From the NCBI GenBank assembly GCA_949294665.1, contig CASFID010000055.1, positions 4,772-68,771 of the forward strand: 64,000 nt of DNA. Direction: 5' to 3'. Numbering within the stretch: position 1 is the first letter of the stretch; each line of letters begins with the position of its first letter. Below are positions 10,707 through 21,306 of the stretch, piece by piece. The DNA is from an uncultured Eubacteriales bacterium. GTDB lineage: Bacteria; Bacillota; Clostridia; Lachnospirales; Lachnospiraceae. Under the pieces are notes generated by a model. That model had not been told where the DNA came from, did no database searches, and worked only from the letters and a program-made list of their open reading frames with translations. Made by a program: the position numbers and the translations under genes.

Positions 10707-12533
10707 TTATTTCATATTTGCTCTCTTGCGCAGTCTGGAATCAAGGATCTTCTTTCGGATGCGCAGAGATTTCGGGGTTACTTCGAGCAGCTCGTCCGTG
10801 TCGATGAAGTCAAGCGCCTGTTCCAGACTTAAGATCCGCGGCGGCGTGAGCCGGAGCGCTTCATCGGCGCTGGAGGAACGCGTGTTGGTCAGATGCTTCG
10901 TCTTGCAGACGTTGAGCTCGATATCTTCAGCCTTGCCGTTCTGACCGATGACCATGCCGGCATATACTTTCTCTCCGGGGCCTATGAACAGTGTACCACG
11001 CTCCTGTGCGCTGTACAATCCGTAAGTGACAGATTCCCCGGTCTCGAAAGCGATGAGAGAACCCTGCTTGCGGTACTGGATATCTCCTTTGTACGGCGCA
11101 TAGCCGTCGAAACTTGTGTTCAGTATCCCGTTTCCTTTTGTGTCGGTCAGGAATTCTCCGCGGTAGCCGATCAGCCCCCTGGACGGGATGGAGAATTCCA
11201 GACGTGTGTAGCCGCCGCCGGTCGTACCCATGTTCCTGAGTTCACCTTTTCTCTGGCCCAGCTTTTCGATCACGACGCCGGTGAATTCATCCGGGACGTC
11301 AATGTATGCCAGCTCCATAGGTTCCAGTTTCTTTCCGTTTTCGTCTGTTTTGTAGAGTACCTCCGCTTTGCTCACCGCAAATTCATAGCCTTCCCTGCGC
11401 ATGTTCTCGATCAGGACAGACAGATGGAGCTCTCCGCGTCCGGATACTTTGAAACTGTCTGTATTTTCCATTTCTTCCACGCGCAGACTGACGTCAGTAT
11501 TGAGTTCGCGGAAAAGACGGTCCCGAAGATGGCGGGAGGTCACATATTTGCCTTCCTGTCCTGCAAAGGGGCTGTCGTTTACGATAAACTGCATGGCAAT
11601 AGTCGGTTCAGAGATCTTCTGGAACGGGATGGGTTCCGGCTTCTCAGGGGAGCAGAGAGTATCGCCGATGGAGATGTCGGAGATCCCGGAGACGGCTACG
11701 ATGGAACCGATGGAGGCCTCCTTTACCTCGATCCTGTTCAGGCCGTCGAACTCATAGAGACGGCTGATCTTTACCTTCTCCTGCTTGTCGGGCTCATGAT
11801 GGTTTACAAGCAGCATCTCCTGATTGACGGAGATCGTACCGTTGTCTACTTTGCCGATACCGATCCGGCCTACATACTCGTTGTAATCGATCGTGCTGAC
11901 GAGCATCTGCGCGGGGGCGTCAGGATCTCCTTCGGGAGCGGGGATATAATCGAGGATCGTCTCAAAGAGCGGCTTCATGTCCCTCTCTTCATCTGTGAGA
12001 TCCAGTACCGCTACGCCCGCCTTGGCAGAAGCGTAGACGAAGGGACACTCAAGCTGTTCATCGGATGCGCCCAGATCGATGAAGAGCTCCAGGACTTCAT
12101 CGATCACCTCGTCAGGGCGTGCCTCCGGCCGGTCGATCTTATTGATGCACACGATGACAGGAAGATCCAGCTCCAGAGCCTTTCTGAGAACGAATTTGGT
12201 CTGCGGCATAGCTCCCTCGAAAGCGTCTACCACAAGGATGACGCCGTTCACCATCTTGAGGACACGTTCTACCTCGCCGCCGAAATCGGCGTGTCCGGGA
12301 GTATCGATGATATTGATCTTCACCCCGTTGTAGTGGACCGCGGTGTTCTTTGAGAGGATCGTGATGCCCCTTTCCCTCTCGATATCATTAGAATCCATGA
12401 TACGCTCCGCAACTTCCTGATTTTCGCGGAACACTCCGCTTTGTTTTAGAAGCTCGTCCACCAGCGTCGTCTTACCGTGGTCAACATGAGCTATGATAGC
12501 AATATTTCTTACATCTTCACGTTTTGTCTTCAT
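10707..12533 (-). CDS. typA: Translational GTPase TypA/BipA
   Basis: AHVDHGKTT, DTPGHADFGGEVER, SGRGELHL, EVTPKSLRIRK. Confidence 0.97.
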   Translation of the reverse strand: MKTKREDVRNIAIIAHVDHGKTTLVDELLKQSGVFRENQEVAERIMDSNDIERERGITILSKNTAVHYNGVKINIIDTPGHADFGGEVERVLKMVNGVILVVDAFEGAMPQTKFVLRKALELDLPVIVCINKIDRPEARPDEVIDEVLELFIDLGASDEQLECPFVYASAKAGVAVLDLTDEERDMKPLFETILDYIPAPEGDPDAPAQMLVSTIDYNEYVGRIGIGKVDNGTISVNQEMLLVNHHEPDKQEKVKISRLYEFDGLNRIEVKEASIGSIVAVSGISDISIGDTLCSPEKPEPIPFQKISEPTIAMQFIVNDSPFAGQEGKYVTSRHLRDRLFRELNTDVSLRVEEMENTDSFKVSGRGELHLSVLIENMRREGYEFAVSKAEVLYKTDENGKKLEPMELAYIDVPDEFTGVVIEKLGQRKGELRNMGTTGGGYTRLEFSIPSRGLIGYRGEFLTDTKGNGILNTSFDGYAPYKGDIQYRKQGSLIAFETGESVTYGLYSAQERGTLFIGPGEKVYAGMVIGQNGKAEDIELNVCKTKHLTNTRSSSADEALRLTPPRILSLEQALDFIDTDELLEVTPKSLRIRKKILDSRLRKRANMK

Positions 12534-12685
12534 ATCAAATGCACTCTTTCCTTATAATAATATATCATTTCATAACTGCAACTTCCTTATTCTATCACAA
12601 AATCTGTATTTTACAAGTAACAGTTTAGCTAAAGAAGCGGCGAAGCCGCGGTAAGCGCGTTTTTGCGAACAGACGTGCTGAAAGA

Positions 12686-12740
12686 TGTCGAACGATTTCC
12701 GGAAAGACAGGTTCTAAAGCGGCGTCCGGGGACATACATT
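12686..12740 (+). promoter_or_regulatory. Candidate SigE promoter with upstream Spo0A box
   Basis: TGTCGAA at 12686-12692; TTCTAAA(12712-18)-14-CATACATT(12733-40). Confidence 0.55.
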
Positions 12741-12788
12741 TAGTAGTGACTCAAAAATACCAGAAAGAGGAAGGGAGAACTACAGATT

Positions 12789-13418
12789 ATGTCAGATAAG
12801 ATTATTGAGAACAATCAGGTAACAGTCATAGGAACAGTGGTGTCAGAATTTACATACAGCCACGAGGTGTTCGGGGAAGGATTCTATATGGTGGATATCC
12901 TGGTCAGGAGGCTGAGCAGTTCAAATGACAGAATTCCGGTCATGGTGTCGGAACGTCTGATCGACGTGACGGAGGATTACAGAAACCGGTGCATCATGGT
13001 GACGGGGCAGTTCCGCTCTTACAACCGGCATGAAGAACAGAGGAACCGGCTCGTGCTTTCGGTCTTCGCACGGGAGATCGAGTTTGTGGAAGAGGAGCCT
13101 GACGGGGCGAGGACCAACCACATCCTGCTGGAGGGTTATATGTGCAAGCGCCCGGTATACCGGAAGACACCGCTTGGAAGAGAGATCGCAGATCTGCTAC
13201 TGGCGGTCAACCGGCCCTACGGGAAATCCGACTACATTCCGTGTATCTGCTGGGGGAGGAACGCCAGATACGCGTCGGGATTTGAAGTGGGCGAGCATGT
13301 GCGGATACTGGGACGCATCCAGAGCAGGGAATATGTCAAAAAGCTCTCAGAGACGGAAACGGAGACAAGAACAGCTTATGAGGTCTCTGTGAGCAAGCTG
13401 GAATGTATGGATGATTGA
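12789..13418 (+). CDS. Single-stranded DNA-binding-like protein with two tandem OB folds
   Basis: Two SSB-like halves: NQVTVIG..GQFRSY and NHILLEG..PVYRKTP..DYIPCICWG..GRIQSREY. Confidence 0.85.
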   Translation: MSDKIIENNQVTVIGTVVSEFTYSHEVFGEGFYMVDILVRRLSSSNDRIPVMVSERLIDVTEDYRNRCIMVTGQFRSYNRHEEQRNRLVLSVFAREIEFVEEEPDGARTNHILLEGYMCKRPVYRKTPLGREIADLLLAVNRPYGKSDYIPCICWGRNARYASGFEVGEHVRILGRIQSREYVKKLSETETETRTAYEVSVSKLECMDD

Positions 13419-13506
13419 GTAACAGTTCAGTTCATCTGCCGGTCAGTCGCCGGATTTTTATGCGAGCATAAATCCGTCTCCTGACGGCAGATGGCTGAAC
13501 TGTTGC
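13419..13506. repeat. 88-nt imperfect palindrome (REP/MITE-like) immediately after the SSB stop
   Basis: gtaacagttcag..catctgcc..gtcag..cggatt..ttatgc / gcataa..atccg..ctgac..ggcagatg..ctgaactgttgc. Confidence 0.75.
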
Positions 13507-13649
13507 AAGATTGATTGTTAAAAGGATATCATATATTGAGATTAAGTCTCAGATATGATATCCTTTTTATGTGTGATAGCAGCCGGGACCGCCGTAAAAC
13601 AGGGGGATTCCTGTATTGCTATACGAATAAATGCAGGAGGATAAAAGCT

Positions 13650-14408
13650 ATGATAAGGTTTATGATGCATGGATGCAACGGGAAGATGGGCAGGATGATA
13701 ACAGAGATCGTAAAGGGAGAGGAAAACGCGGTGATCGCTGCGGGCGTGGACGCCTATACGGAAGTTCCAAACGACTATCCCGTATTCGACTGCATCGATA
13801 AATGCGACGTGGACGTAGACGTAGTCCTTGATTTCTCTACGGCGAAGGCGGTGGACGGACTGCTTGACTACTGCGTGGAGAAAAAGCTGCCGGTCGTCCT
13901 GTGTACGACCGGTCTGTCTGAAGAACAGCTCAACAAGGTGGAGGAGGCTTCAAAGAAGATCGCCATTCTCAAGTCGGCCAACATGTCGCTGGGGATCAAT
14001 CTGCTCCTGAAACTTCTGAAAAGTGCGGCGAAAGTGCTCGCGCCTGCCGGATACGATATGGAGATCGTGGAGCGCCATCACAACCAGAAACTGGACGCGC
14101 CCAGCGGGACGGCTCTTGCACTGGCAGATTCTGTCAATGAAGCTCTGGGCAACGAATATCATTACGTGTATGACAGAAGCCAGGTGCGTCAGAAGAGAGA
14201 AAAAAAGGAGATCGGTATCTCAGCCGTCCGCGGAGGGACGATCGTGGGGGATCATGAGGTGATATTCGCAGGGACGGACGAGGTGATCGAGTTCCGTCAC
14301 TCTGCGTACTCCAGGAGCGTGTTTGCCAAAGGCGCTGTCGAGGCGGGGAAATTCCTCGCGGGAAAAGCCGCAGGCATGTACGACATGGGAGATGTAGTAG
14401 GCCTGTGA
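13650..14408 (+). CDS. dapB: 4-hydroxy-tetrahydrodipicolinate reductase
   Basis: GCNGKMG, CTTG, EIVERHHNQKLDAPSGTA; AGGAGG RBS. Confidence 0.96.
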   Translation: MIRFMMHGCNGKMGRMITEIVKGEENAVIAAGVDAYTEVPNDYPVFDCIDKCDVDVDVVLDFSTAKAVDGLLDYCVEKKLPVVLCTTGLSEEQLNKVEEASKKIAILKSANMSLGINLLLKLLKSAAKVLAPAGYDMEIVERHHNQKLDAPSGTALALADSVNEALGNEYHYVYDRSQVRQKREKKEIGISAVRGGTIVGDHEVIFAGTDEVIEFRHSAYSRSVFAKGAVEAGKFLAGKAAGMYDMGDVVGL

Positions 14409-14491
14409 GACGAGGGACGCGCAGAGGAGACGCGCGGGAATCGTTATCAGGCCGGTCTTTGGACGGAGGAACGTAATTTGGGGAGGCAAAA

Positions 14492-16444
14492 ATGAAGAAT
14501 CTTGAGACCAGGTATCTGGAGCGTCTGTCCGATCTGTATCCCACGATCGCGGCGGCGTCCACAGAGATCATTAATCTGCAGTCGATCCTGAACCTTCCGA
14601 AAGGAACAGAGCATTTTCTGACGGACGTACATGGAGAATACGAAGCGTTTTCCCATGTGCTGAAAAACGGCTCCGGCTCCGTCCGGCGCAAGATCGACGA
14701 TGTGTTCGGCAACACGATGAGCATCCGCGACAAGAAATCGCTTGCGACTTTGATCTACTATCCGAAGCAGCGCCTGGACATGATCAAAAAGACGGAGACG
14801 AATATGGACGACTGGTATCGCGTCCATCTCTATCTGCTGATCGAGGTGAGCAAAAGGGCGGCGAGCAAGTACACCAGGTCAAAAGTAAGAAAAGCACTTC
14901 CGAAAGATTTTGCCTATGTGATAGAAGAACTGATCACAGAGAAAGCGGAAGTAAGCGACAAAGAATCCTACTATAATGAAATCATATCCACGATCATACG
15001 GATCGGAAGAGCGGAGCACTTTATCGTCGCGATTTCCGAACTGATCCAGAGACTTGTCGTGGACCATCTCCATATCGTGGGCGATATCTATGACAGAGGC
15101 CCCGGCCCGCATATTATCATGGACAAGCTGATGACCTGTCATTCTCTGGATATCCAGTGGGGAAATCACGATGTGCTCTGGATGGGCGCGGCGGCCGGGC
15201 AGCGGGGATGCATTGCCAATGTGATCCGCATCTGTGCCCGTTACGGCAATCTGGATATCCTCGAGGAAGGGTATGGCATCAATCTGCTCCCGCTGGCGAC
15301 GTTCGCCCTTAAAACATACAGGGACGATCCATGCACCTGCTTTAAGCTGAAAGTGCCGGACCGCCCGGACTCCGAGGAGATGCAGATGAACCTGCGCATC
15401 CATAAGGCCATATCCGTCATACAGTTTAAAGTGGAGGGGCAGATCATAGCGAGGCAGAAGTCGTTCCATCTCGAAGACAGAGCGCTCCTGCACAGGATCG
15501 ACTATGAAAAGGGCACGATCCTGCTGGACGGCAGAGAGTATCGCCTTCTGGATACCAATTTCCCGACTGTAGATCCGCAGGATCCGTATGCTTTGAGCGA
15601 CGAAGAGGCAGAGATCATGGAACGTCTCGAGAAGGCTTTCATCAACTGTGAGAAACTCCAGCGCCACATGCGCTTTCTGCTCGCAAAAGGCGGGCTCTAC
15701 AAAGTGTATAACGATAACCTCCTATATCACGGGTGCGTGCCTCTCGATGGGGACGGAAACCTGAAAGAAACTGAGATCTACGGCAGGATGTACCGTGGAA
15801 GGGAACTCTACGACACGCTGGACACATATGTGAGAAAAGGCTTCTTTGCACTCGATGAAAAAGAGCGCGGGGACGGCAGAGATATCATGTGGTACATCTG
15901 GCTCCATCCGGACTCCCCGTTGTTCGGGAAAAATAAGATGGCTACTTTTGAGCGCTATTTCCTGGCGGAGAAGGAAACCCACACAGAGAAGAAGAACCCT
16001 TACTATTCATACATAGAAAACGAGAAAGTGATCGATAATATCATGCGGGAGTTCGGACTTGATCCGTCCTACGGGCATATCGTAAACGGGCATGTGCCGG
16101 TCAAGAGAAAAGACGGCGAGAATCCGATAAAATGCGGCGGAAAGGTGATGGTCATCGACGGCGGATTCTCCCGGGCATACCAGAAGGAGACGGGGATAGC
16201 GGGGTATACGCTCATTTATAATTCATACGGGCTGCTCCTTGTGGCCCACGAGCCGTTCGAGTCCGCAGAGGCGGCGATCGTGAATGAAAATGATATCCAT
16301 TCCGAACTGACCGTAGTCCAGAGAGTGAACAACCGCATCCTGGTGGGAGATACGGATACCGGCAGGGAACTCAAAGAGCAGATTCATGATCTGGAACGGC
16401 TCCTGTCAGCATACAGAAACGGCGAGATCATCGAAAAACTTTAG
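14492..16444 (+). CDS. fbp: Fructose-1,6-bisphosphatase class 3
   Basis: LPKGTEHFLTDVHGE, GDIYDRGP, QWGNHD, VNGHVP, IDGGFS. Confidence 0.95.
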   Translation: MKNLETRYLERLSDLYPTIAAASTEIINLQSILNLPKGTEHFLTDVHGEYEAFSHVLKNGSGSVRRKIDDVFGNTMSIRDKKSLATLIYYPKQRLDMIKKTETNMDDWYRVHLYLLIEVSKRAASKYTRSKVRKALPKDFAYVIEELITEKAEVSDKESYYNEIISTIIRIGRAEHFIVAISELIQRLVVDHLHIVGDIYDRGPGPHIIMDKLMTCHSLDIQWGNHDVLWMGAAAGQRGCIANVIRICARYGNLDILEEGYGINLLPLATFALKTYRDDPCTCFKLKVPDRPDSEEMQMNLRIHKAISVIQFKVEGQIIARQKSFHLEDRALLHRIDYEKGTILLDGREYRLLDTNFPTVDPQDPYALSDEEAEIMERLEKAFINCEKLQRHMRFLLAKGGLYKVYNDNLLYHGCVPLDGDGNLKETEIYGRMYRGRELYDTLDTYVRKGFFALDEKERGDGRDIMWYIWLHPDSPLFGKNKMATFERYFLAEKETHTEKKNPYYSYIENEKVIDNIMREFGLDPSYGHIVNGHVPVKRKDGENPIKCGGKVMVIDGGFSRAYQKETGIAGYTLIYNSYGLLLVAHEPFESAEAAIVNENDIHSELTVVQRVNNRILVGDTDTGRELKEQIHDLERLLSAYRNGEIIEKL

Positions 16445-16461
16445 AAAAGGTGTATTTGGAC

Positions 16462-17295
16462 ATGGAAAAAGAACAGCAAATATCAACAGAAGAAATGTCT
16501 GGACCGCTGCAGCTCTACTTAAATGAGATCGGTCAGATCCCGCTCCTGAGCGAGGAGGAAGAGAAAGAACTTGGAAAAAGAAGCGCAGAAGGCGATGAAG
16601 CTGCGAGAAAGCGGCTTTCCGAGAGCAACCTGCGCCTGGTCGTATCGCTTGCGAAACATTATACCGGAAGAGGCGTCCCTCTGATGGATCTGATCCAGGA
16701 GGGAAACATGGGACTGATGCGTGCAGCGGAGAAATACGACCATACAAAAGAGAACCGCTTCTCCACATATGCGGCCTGGTGGATCCGGGAAGCCATGCAG
16801 CGGGCGATCGATCAGCAGTCACGCGAGATCCGCGTTCCGGTGCATGTGGCGGAGAATATGAAGCGCGTGCAGAAAACGGCAAGAGAGCTCCAGCAGCAGC
16901 TCGGACGTGACGCGACTCCGGGGGAGATCGCGGAGAAACTGGGCGACAGATCAGAAGAAGACGTAAAAAATATCATCGGTTATCTTCAGAGCCCGGTATC
17001 TCTCGAGACACCGGTCGGCGATGACGGTGAGAACAGTCTTGGTGACATGGTGGAGGATAAATCGAAACTTACGCCGGAAGAGGCGATGGAACAGCTTGTC
17101 GAGAAAGAGGAAGTGCGCGAGCTTCTGGAACAGCTGGGAGACCGGGAGAGAGAAGTCGTCCGGCTCAGATACGGTCTGGAAGACGGAAGGGCCCACACCC
17201 TGGAGGTGATCGGAGAGAAGCTGGGCGTGACGAGAGAACGGGTGCGGCAGATAGAAGCCCGGGCGCTGGAAAAACTCCGAAAAAAAGCAAAATAA
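16462..17295 (+). CDS. RpoD-like sigma-70 factor lacking region 1.1
   Basis: YLNEIGQIPLL (1.2), NLRLVVSLAK, DLIQEGNMGL, FSTYAAWWIR, VTRERVRQIE. Confidence 0.9.
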   Translation: MEKEQQISTEEMSGPLQLYLNEIGQIPLLSEEEEKELGKRSAEGDEAARKRLSESNLRLVVSLAKHYTGRGVPLMDLIQEGNMGLMRAAEKYDHTKENRFSTYAAWWIREAMQRAIDQQSREIRVPVHVAENMKRVQKTARELQQQLGRDATPGEIAEKLGDRSEEDVKNIIGYLQSPVSLETPVGDDGENSLGDMVEDKSKLTPEEAMEQLVEKEEVRELLEQLGDREREVVRLRYGLEDGRAHTLEVIGEKLGVTRERVRQIEARALEKLRKKAK

Positions 17296-17384
17296 AAATA
17301 AAAAATCAGACTCCCGACGCATAAATAACAAAAAAATGCAGATAGTAAAAGTACAATAACATTTATGGAAAGGGAGACTATCTT

Positions 17385-17729
17385 ATGAAAAAAATGAGAC
17401 GACTCCTGCTGCTTGTGACATGCATGTTCGTTCTTCTCGGAACGACGGCGTGCGGAAGCCAGGATAACGCGGACAATGGTGCAGACCAGTCGACGACAGA
17501 TAACGGCAGGGACAACAATGCGTCGTCGGATAAAGATAAGGACGCTACATCCGATACAGACGACCGGACGATGAACGATGCGACAGAAGGAGACGGAATC
17601 CTTGACGATGCCGTCCATGACGTGACGGACGGCGTGGATGATGTTACAGACGATGTGACAGACGGGATCGACAAGGCCGCAGACGATATGACAGAAGACA
17701 ACGGGGCAGACAGGAACGCTCAGGAGTAG
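17385..17729 (+). CDS. Small acidic lipoprotein, possibly sporulation-associated
   Basis: AAGGGAG RBS, basic N-terminus, hydrophobic core, lipobox TTAC, D/T-rich repeats. Confidence 0.75.
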   Translation: MKKMRRLLLLVTCMFVLLGTTACGSQDNADNGADQSTTDNGRDNNASSDKDKDATSDTDDRTMNDATEGDGILDDAVHDVTDGVDDVTDDVTDGIDKAADDMTEDNGADRNAQE

Positions 17730-17745
17730 ATCCAGAAGAATACAG

Positions 17746-17790
17746 ACGACTGCCGCAGTACGGGACGTTTTCCCTCGCTGCGGCAGTTGT
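17746..17790 (+). terminator. Hairpin after the lipoprotein gene
   Basis: acgactgccgcag / ctgcggcagttgt inverted repeat. Confidence 0.5.
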
Positions 17791-17816
17791 GATGATAAGA
17801 CAGGAGACTGGAAAAT

Positions 17817-18590
17817 ATGAGATTCAGACCATGTATCGATATACATAACGGAAAAGTGAAACAGATCGTAGGGGGAAGCCTGCGGGATCAGGGGGACAGT
17901 GCAAAGGCAAATTTCACATCGGAAAAAGGGGCTGACTTTTATGCCGGTCTGTATAAGAAGGATGGAATAAAAGGCGGTCACATCATCCTGCTCAATCACA
18001 AAGACTCCGAATACTATGAGGAGACGAGGCGTCAGGCCCTTCTCGCGCTTAGGACGTATCCGGGGGGAATGCAGATCGGAGGCGGCGTGACCGCTGACAA
18101 TGCGGCGGGATATCTGGAGGCAGGAGCCAGCCATGTGATCGTTACATCTTTCGTCTTCCGCCACGGGACCTTCTACCGAAAGAATCTTGACAGACTTCTG
18201 TCAGAGGTGGGAAGGGAACATATCGTTCTGGACTTAAGCTGCAGGCGGCGGGATGGGGACTACTATGTGGTGACGGACCGCTGGCAGCGGTTTACGGATA
18301 TGAAGCTGACGGAGGAAACGATGGAAGAACTGTCAGGATACTGCGATGAATTTCTGATCCATGGTGTGGACGCCGAGGGAAAGCGTTCCGGTATGGAGGA
18401 GGAACTGGTACATATGCTGGGAAACTGGAAAGGGATACCTGTCACCTACGCCGGAGGGATCGGATCTCTTGCCGATCTGGAGAGGTTTGCATCGCTCAGC
18501 GGCGGAAACGTAGATATCACGATCGGGAGCGCGCTGGATCTTTTCGGCGGAGAGATCCCTTATGAGACCGTGAAGAAATTGTTGAATTAG
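17817..18590 (+). CDS. hisA: ProFAR isomerase, eukaryotic/His6-type HisA
   Basis: FRPCIDIHNGKVKQIVGG, GASHVIVTS, LDLSCRR, EFLIHGVD, TIGSALDLFGG. Confidence 0.9.
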   Translation: MRFRPCIDIHNGKVKQIVGGSLRDQGDSAKANFTSEKGADFYAGLYKKDGIKGGHIILLNHKDSEYYEETRRQALLALRTYPGGMQIGGGVTADNAAGYLEAGASHVIVTSFVFRHGTFYRKNLDRLLSEVGREHIVLDLSCRRRDGDYYVVTDRWQRFTDMKLTEETMEELSGYCDEFLIHGVDAEGKRSGMEEELVHMLGNWKGIPVTYAGGIGSLADLERFASLSGGNVDITIGSALDLFGGEIPYETVKKLLN

Positions 18591-18676
18591 CCATAAGTTA
18601 GTGCTAAAATGAAAAACGTAAGTGCATCGGGGCCATGCGCCGGTGCCGTATCATTTAAAGGAGTTAATTGTGTGAT

Positions 18677-21265
18677 ATGGGTATTATAGAAAAGATTTTC
18701 GGCACCCACAGCGAAAATGAGCTGAAACGGATCTATCCGATCGTCGATCGGATAGAGTCCATGGAGCCCGAGATGAAGGCGCTCTCGGACGATGAGCTTA
18801 AAGGAAAGACAAGAGAGTTTAAAGAACGTCTTGGAGAGGGCGAAACTCTGGACGATCTCCTTCCCGAGGCATATGCGGTCGTAAGAGAAGCGGCTTTCCG
18901 TTCCCTTGGAATGCGTCATTACAGAGTGCAGCTCATCGGCGGTATCATCCTTCATCAGGGACGTATCGCAGAGATGAAGACAGGAGAAGGGAAGACGCTT
19001 GTCTCTACGCTTCCGGCCTATCTGAACGCACTTGAGGGAAAAGGCGTCAACATTGTCACGGTCAACGACTATCTGGCAAAGCGTGACGCCGAGTGGATGG
19101 GAAAGGTCCATGAGTTTCTCGGCCTGACAGTCGGAGTCGTCCTGAACGGAATGGACAACAAAGAGCGCCGCGAGGCATATGGCTGCGACATCACGTATGT
19201 GACAAACAATGAGCTCGGTTTTGACTATCTCCGCGACAACATGGTCATATATAAGGAGCAGCTTGTCCAGCGGGGACTGCACTTTGCCATCATCGACGAG
19301 GTCGACTCCGTGCTTATCGACGAGGCGAGGACGCCGCTGATCATTTCCGGACAGAGCGGGAAATCAACCAGGCTTTACGAGGCCTGCGATATCCTTGCCC
19401 GGCAGCTTGAGCGGGGAGAGGCCAGCGGTGAATTCTCGAAGATCAACGCCATCATGGGAGAAGAGATCGAGGAGACGGGCGATTTTATCGTCAACGAGAA
19501 AGAAAAGACGGTCAACCTGACTGAGGACGGTATCAAAAAGGTTGAGAATTTCTTCCATATAGAGAATCTGGCAGATCCCGAAAACCTGGAGATCCAGCAC
19601 AACATCATCCTGGCGCTCCGCGCGCACAACCTGATGTTCAAAGATCAGGATTATGTCGTGACGTCAGACGGGGAAGTGATGATCGTAGACGAGTTCACCG
19701 GACGTATCATGCCGGGACGCCGGTACTCCGACGGACTTCATCAGGCGATCGAGGCGAAAGAACATGTGAAAGTGCGCAGGGAGAGCAAAACGCTGGCGAC
19801 GATCACGTTCCAGAATCTGTTCAATAAATTTGAAAAGAAAAGCGGTATGACGGGTACTGCTCTCACCGAGGAGAAAGAGTTCCGTGATATCTACGGGATG
19901 GACGTCATCGAGATCCCGACCAATGTACCGGTGCAGAGAGTGGATCTTGAGGACGCGGTATACAAGACAAAGAAAGAGAAATACAAGGCCGTTGTCGAGG
20001 AAGTCAAGAGGGCGCATGCCAAAGGACAGCCGGTGCTTGTCGGTACGATCACCATCGAGGTGTCCGAGCTTTTAAGCGGGATGCTCAGGAAAGAGGGGAT
20101 CCGGCATAACGTGCTGAACGCGAAGTATCACGAGCAGGAGGCGGAGATCGTCGCGGACGCGGGCGTTCATGGAGCGGTGACGATCGCCACCAACATGGCG
20201 GGCCGTGGTACGGATATCAAGCTGGACGACGATGCGAGAGCAGCAGGCGGACTTAAGATCATCGGCACGGAGCGTCATGAGTCGAGACGCATCGACAATC
20301 AGCTCCGCGGACGAAGCGGACGCCAGGGTGATCCGGGAGAATCCCGGTTTTATATCTCGCTGGAGGACGATCTGCTGCGGCTGTTCGGCTCCGAACGGCT
20401 CATGGGCATTTTTAACGCCCTGGGAGTACGCGAAGGCGAGCAGATCGAGCACAAAATGCTCTCAAACGCTATTGAGACCGCACAGAAAAAGCTGGAGATC
20501 AATAACTTCGGTATCCGTAAGAACCTGCTCGAATACGATCAGGTCATGAATGAACAGAGGGAGATCATCTACGGCGAGAGACGCCGCGTACTCGACGGCG
20601 AGAGTATGAGAGATACGATCTACAATATGATAACAGAGTATGTGGAGAATATTACGGACCGGTTCGCATCGCCCGAGGCGGACGCGGAAGACTGGGATAT
20701 CAAAGGTCTTGACGTAAACCTCCACAATGTGATCCCGCAGATGGAACTTCCGGGACTGGAAGAATGCCGCGACATGCGCCAGAAAGAACTGAAACATCTC
20801 TTAAAAGAGCGCGCGGTCAAGGCATATGAGGCAAAAGAAGCAGAGTTCCCGGAGGCGGAGCAGATCCGTGAGATCGAGCGTGTTGTACTTCTGAAAGTCA
20901 TAGACGCAAGATGGATGGACCATATAGACGACATGGACCAGCTCAGGCAGGGGATCGGCCTGCAGGCCTACGGACAGAGAGATCCTCTTGTGGAGTATAA
21001 GATGACAGGGTACAATATGTTCGGTGAAATGACGAACATGATCGCCGAGACTACGATCCGCACCCTGTTTAACATCCGCGTGGAACAGAAGGTCGAGCGG
21101 GAAGAGGTGGCCAAGGTGACCGGTACGAACAAGGACGATACATCCGCCCGGGCGCCGAAGAAACGGGCCGAGAAGAAGATCTATCCGAACGATCCGTGCC
21201 CGTGCGGAAGCGGAAAGAAATATAAACAGTGCTGCGGCAGAAAGCAGACCGGCAGGGCGTCATAG
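18677..21265 (+). CDS. secA: Preprotein translocase SecA
   Basis: [24 protein letters not shown]-terminal [13 protein letters not shown] zinc motif. Confidence 0.98.
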   Translation: MGIIEKIFGTHSENELKRIYPIVDRIESMEPEMKALSDDELKGKTREFKERLGEGETLDDLLPEAYAVVREAAFRSLGMRHYRVQLIGGIILHQGRIAEMKTGEGKTLVSTLPAYLNALEGKGVNIVTVNDYLAKRDAEWMGKVHEFLGLTVGVVLNGMDNKERREAYGCDITYVTNNELGFDYLRDNMVIYKEQLVQRGLHFAIIDEVDSVLIDEARTPLIISGQSGKSTRLYEACDILARQLERGEASGEFSKINAIMGEEIEETGDFIVNEKEKTVNLTEDGIKKVENFFHIENLADPENLEIQHNIILALRAHNLMFKDQDYVVTSDGEVMIVDEFTGRIMPGRRYSDGLHQAIEAKEHVKVRRESKTLATITFQNLFNKFEKKSGMTGTALTEEKEFRDIYGMDVIEIPTNVPVQRVDLEDAVYKTKKEKYKAVVEEVKRAHAKGQPVLVGTITIEVSELLSGMLRKEGIRHNVLNAKYHEQEAEIVADAGVHGAVTIATNMAGRGTDIKLDDDARAAGGLKIIGTERHESRRIDNQLRGRSGRQGDPGESRFYISLEDDLLRLFGSERLMGIFNALGVREGEQIEHKMLSNAIETAQKKLEINNFGIRKNLLEYDQVMNEQREIIYGERRRVLDGESMRDTIYNMITEYVENITDRFASPEADAEDWDIKGLDVNLHNVIPQMELPGLEECRDMRQKELKHLLKERAVKAYEAKEAEFPEAEQIREIERVVLLKVIDARWMDHIDDMDQLRQGIGLQAYGQRDPLVEYKMTGYNMFGEMTNMIAETTIRTLFNIRVEQKVEREEVAKVTGTNKDDTSARAPKKRAEKKIYPNDPCPCGSGKKYKQCCGRKQTGRAS

Positions 21266-21306
21266 GCCCTTCGGAACAATAATCAAAAAAGAAAGAGGTG
21301 AATAAG

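Noticed and set aside
13507-13649. Possible lysine riboswitch upstream of dapB
   Set aside because: Too short and lacks the AGAGGxGC start and other L-box motifs
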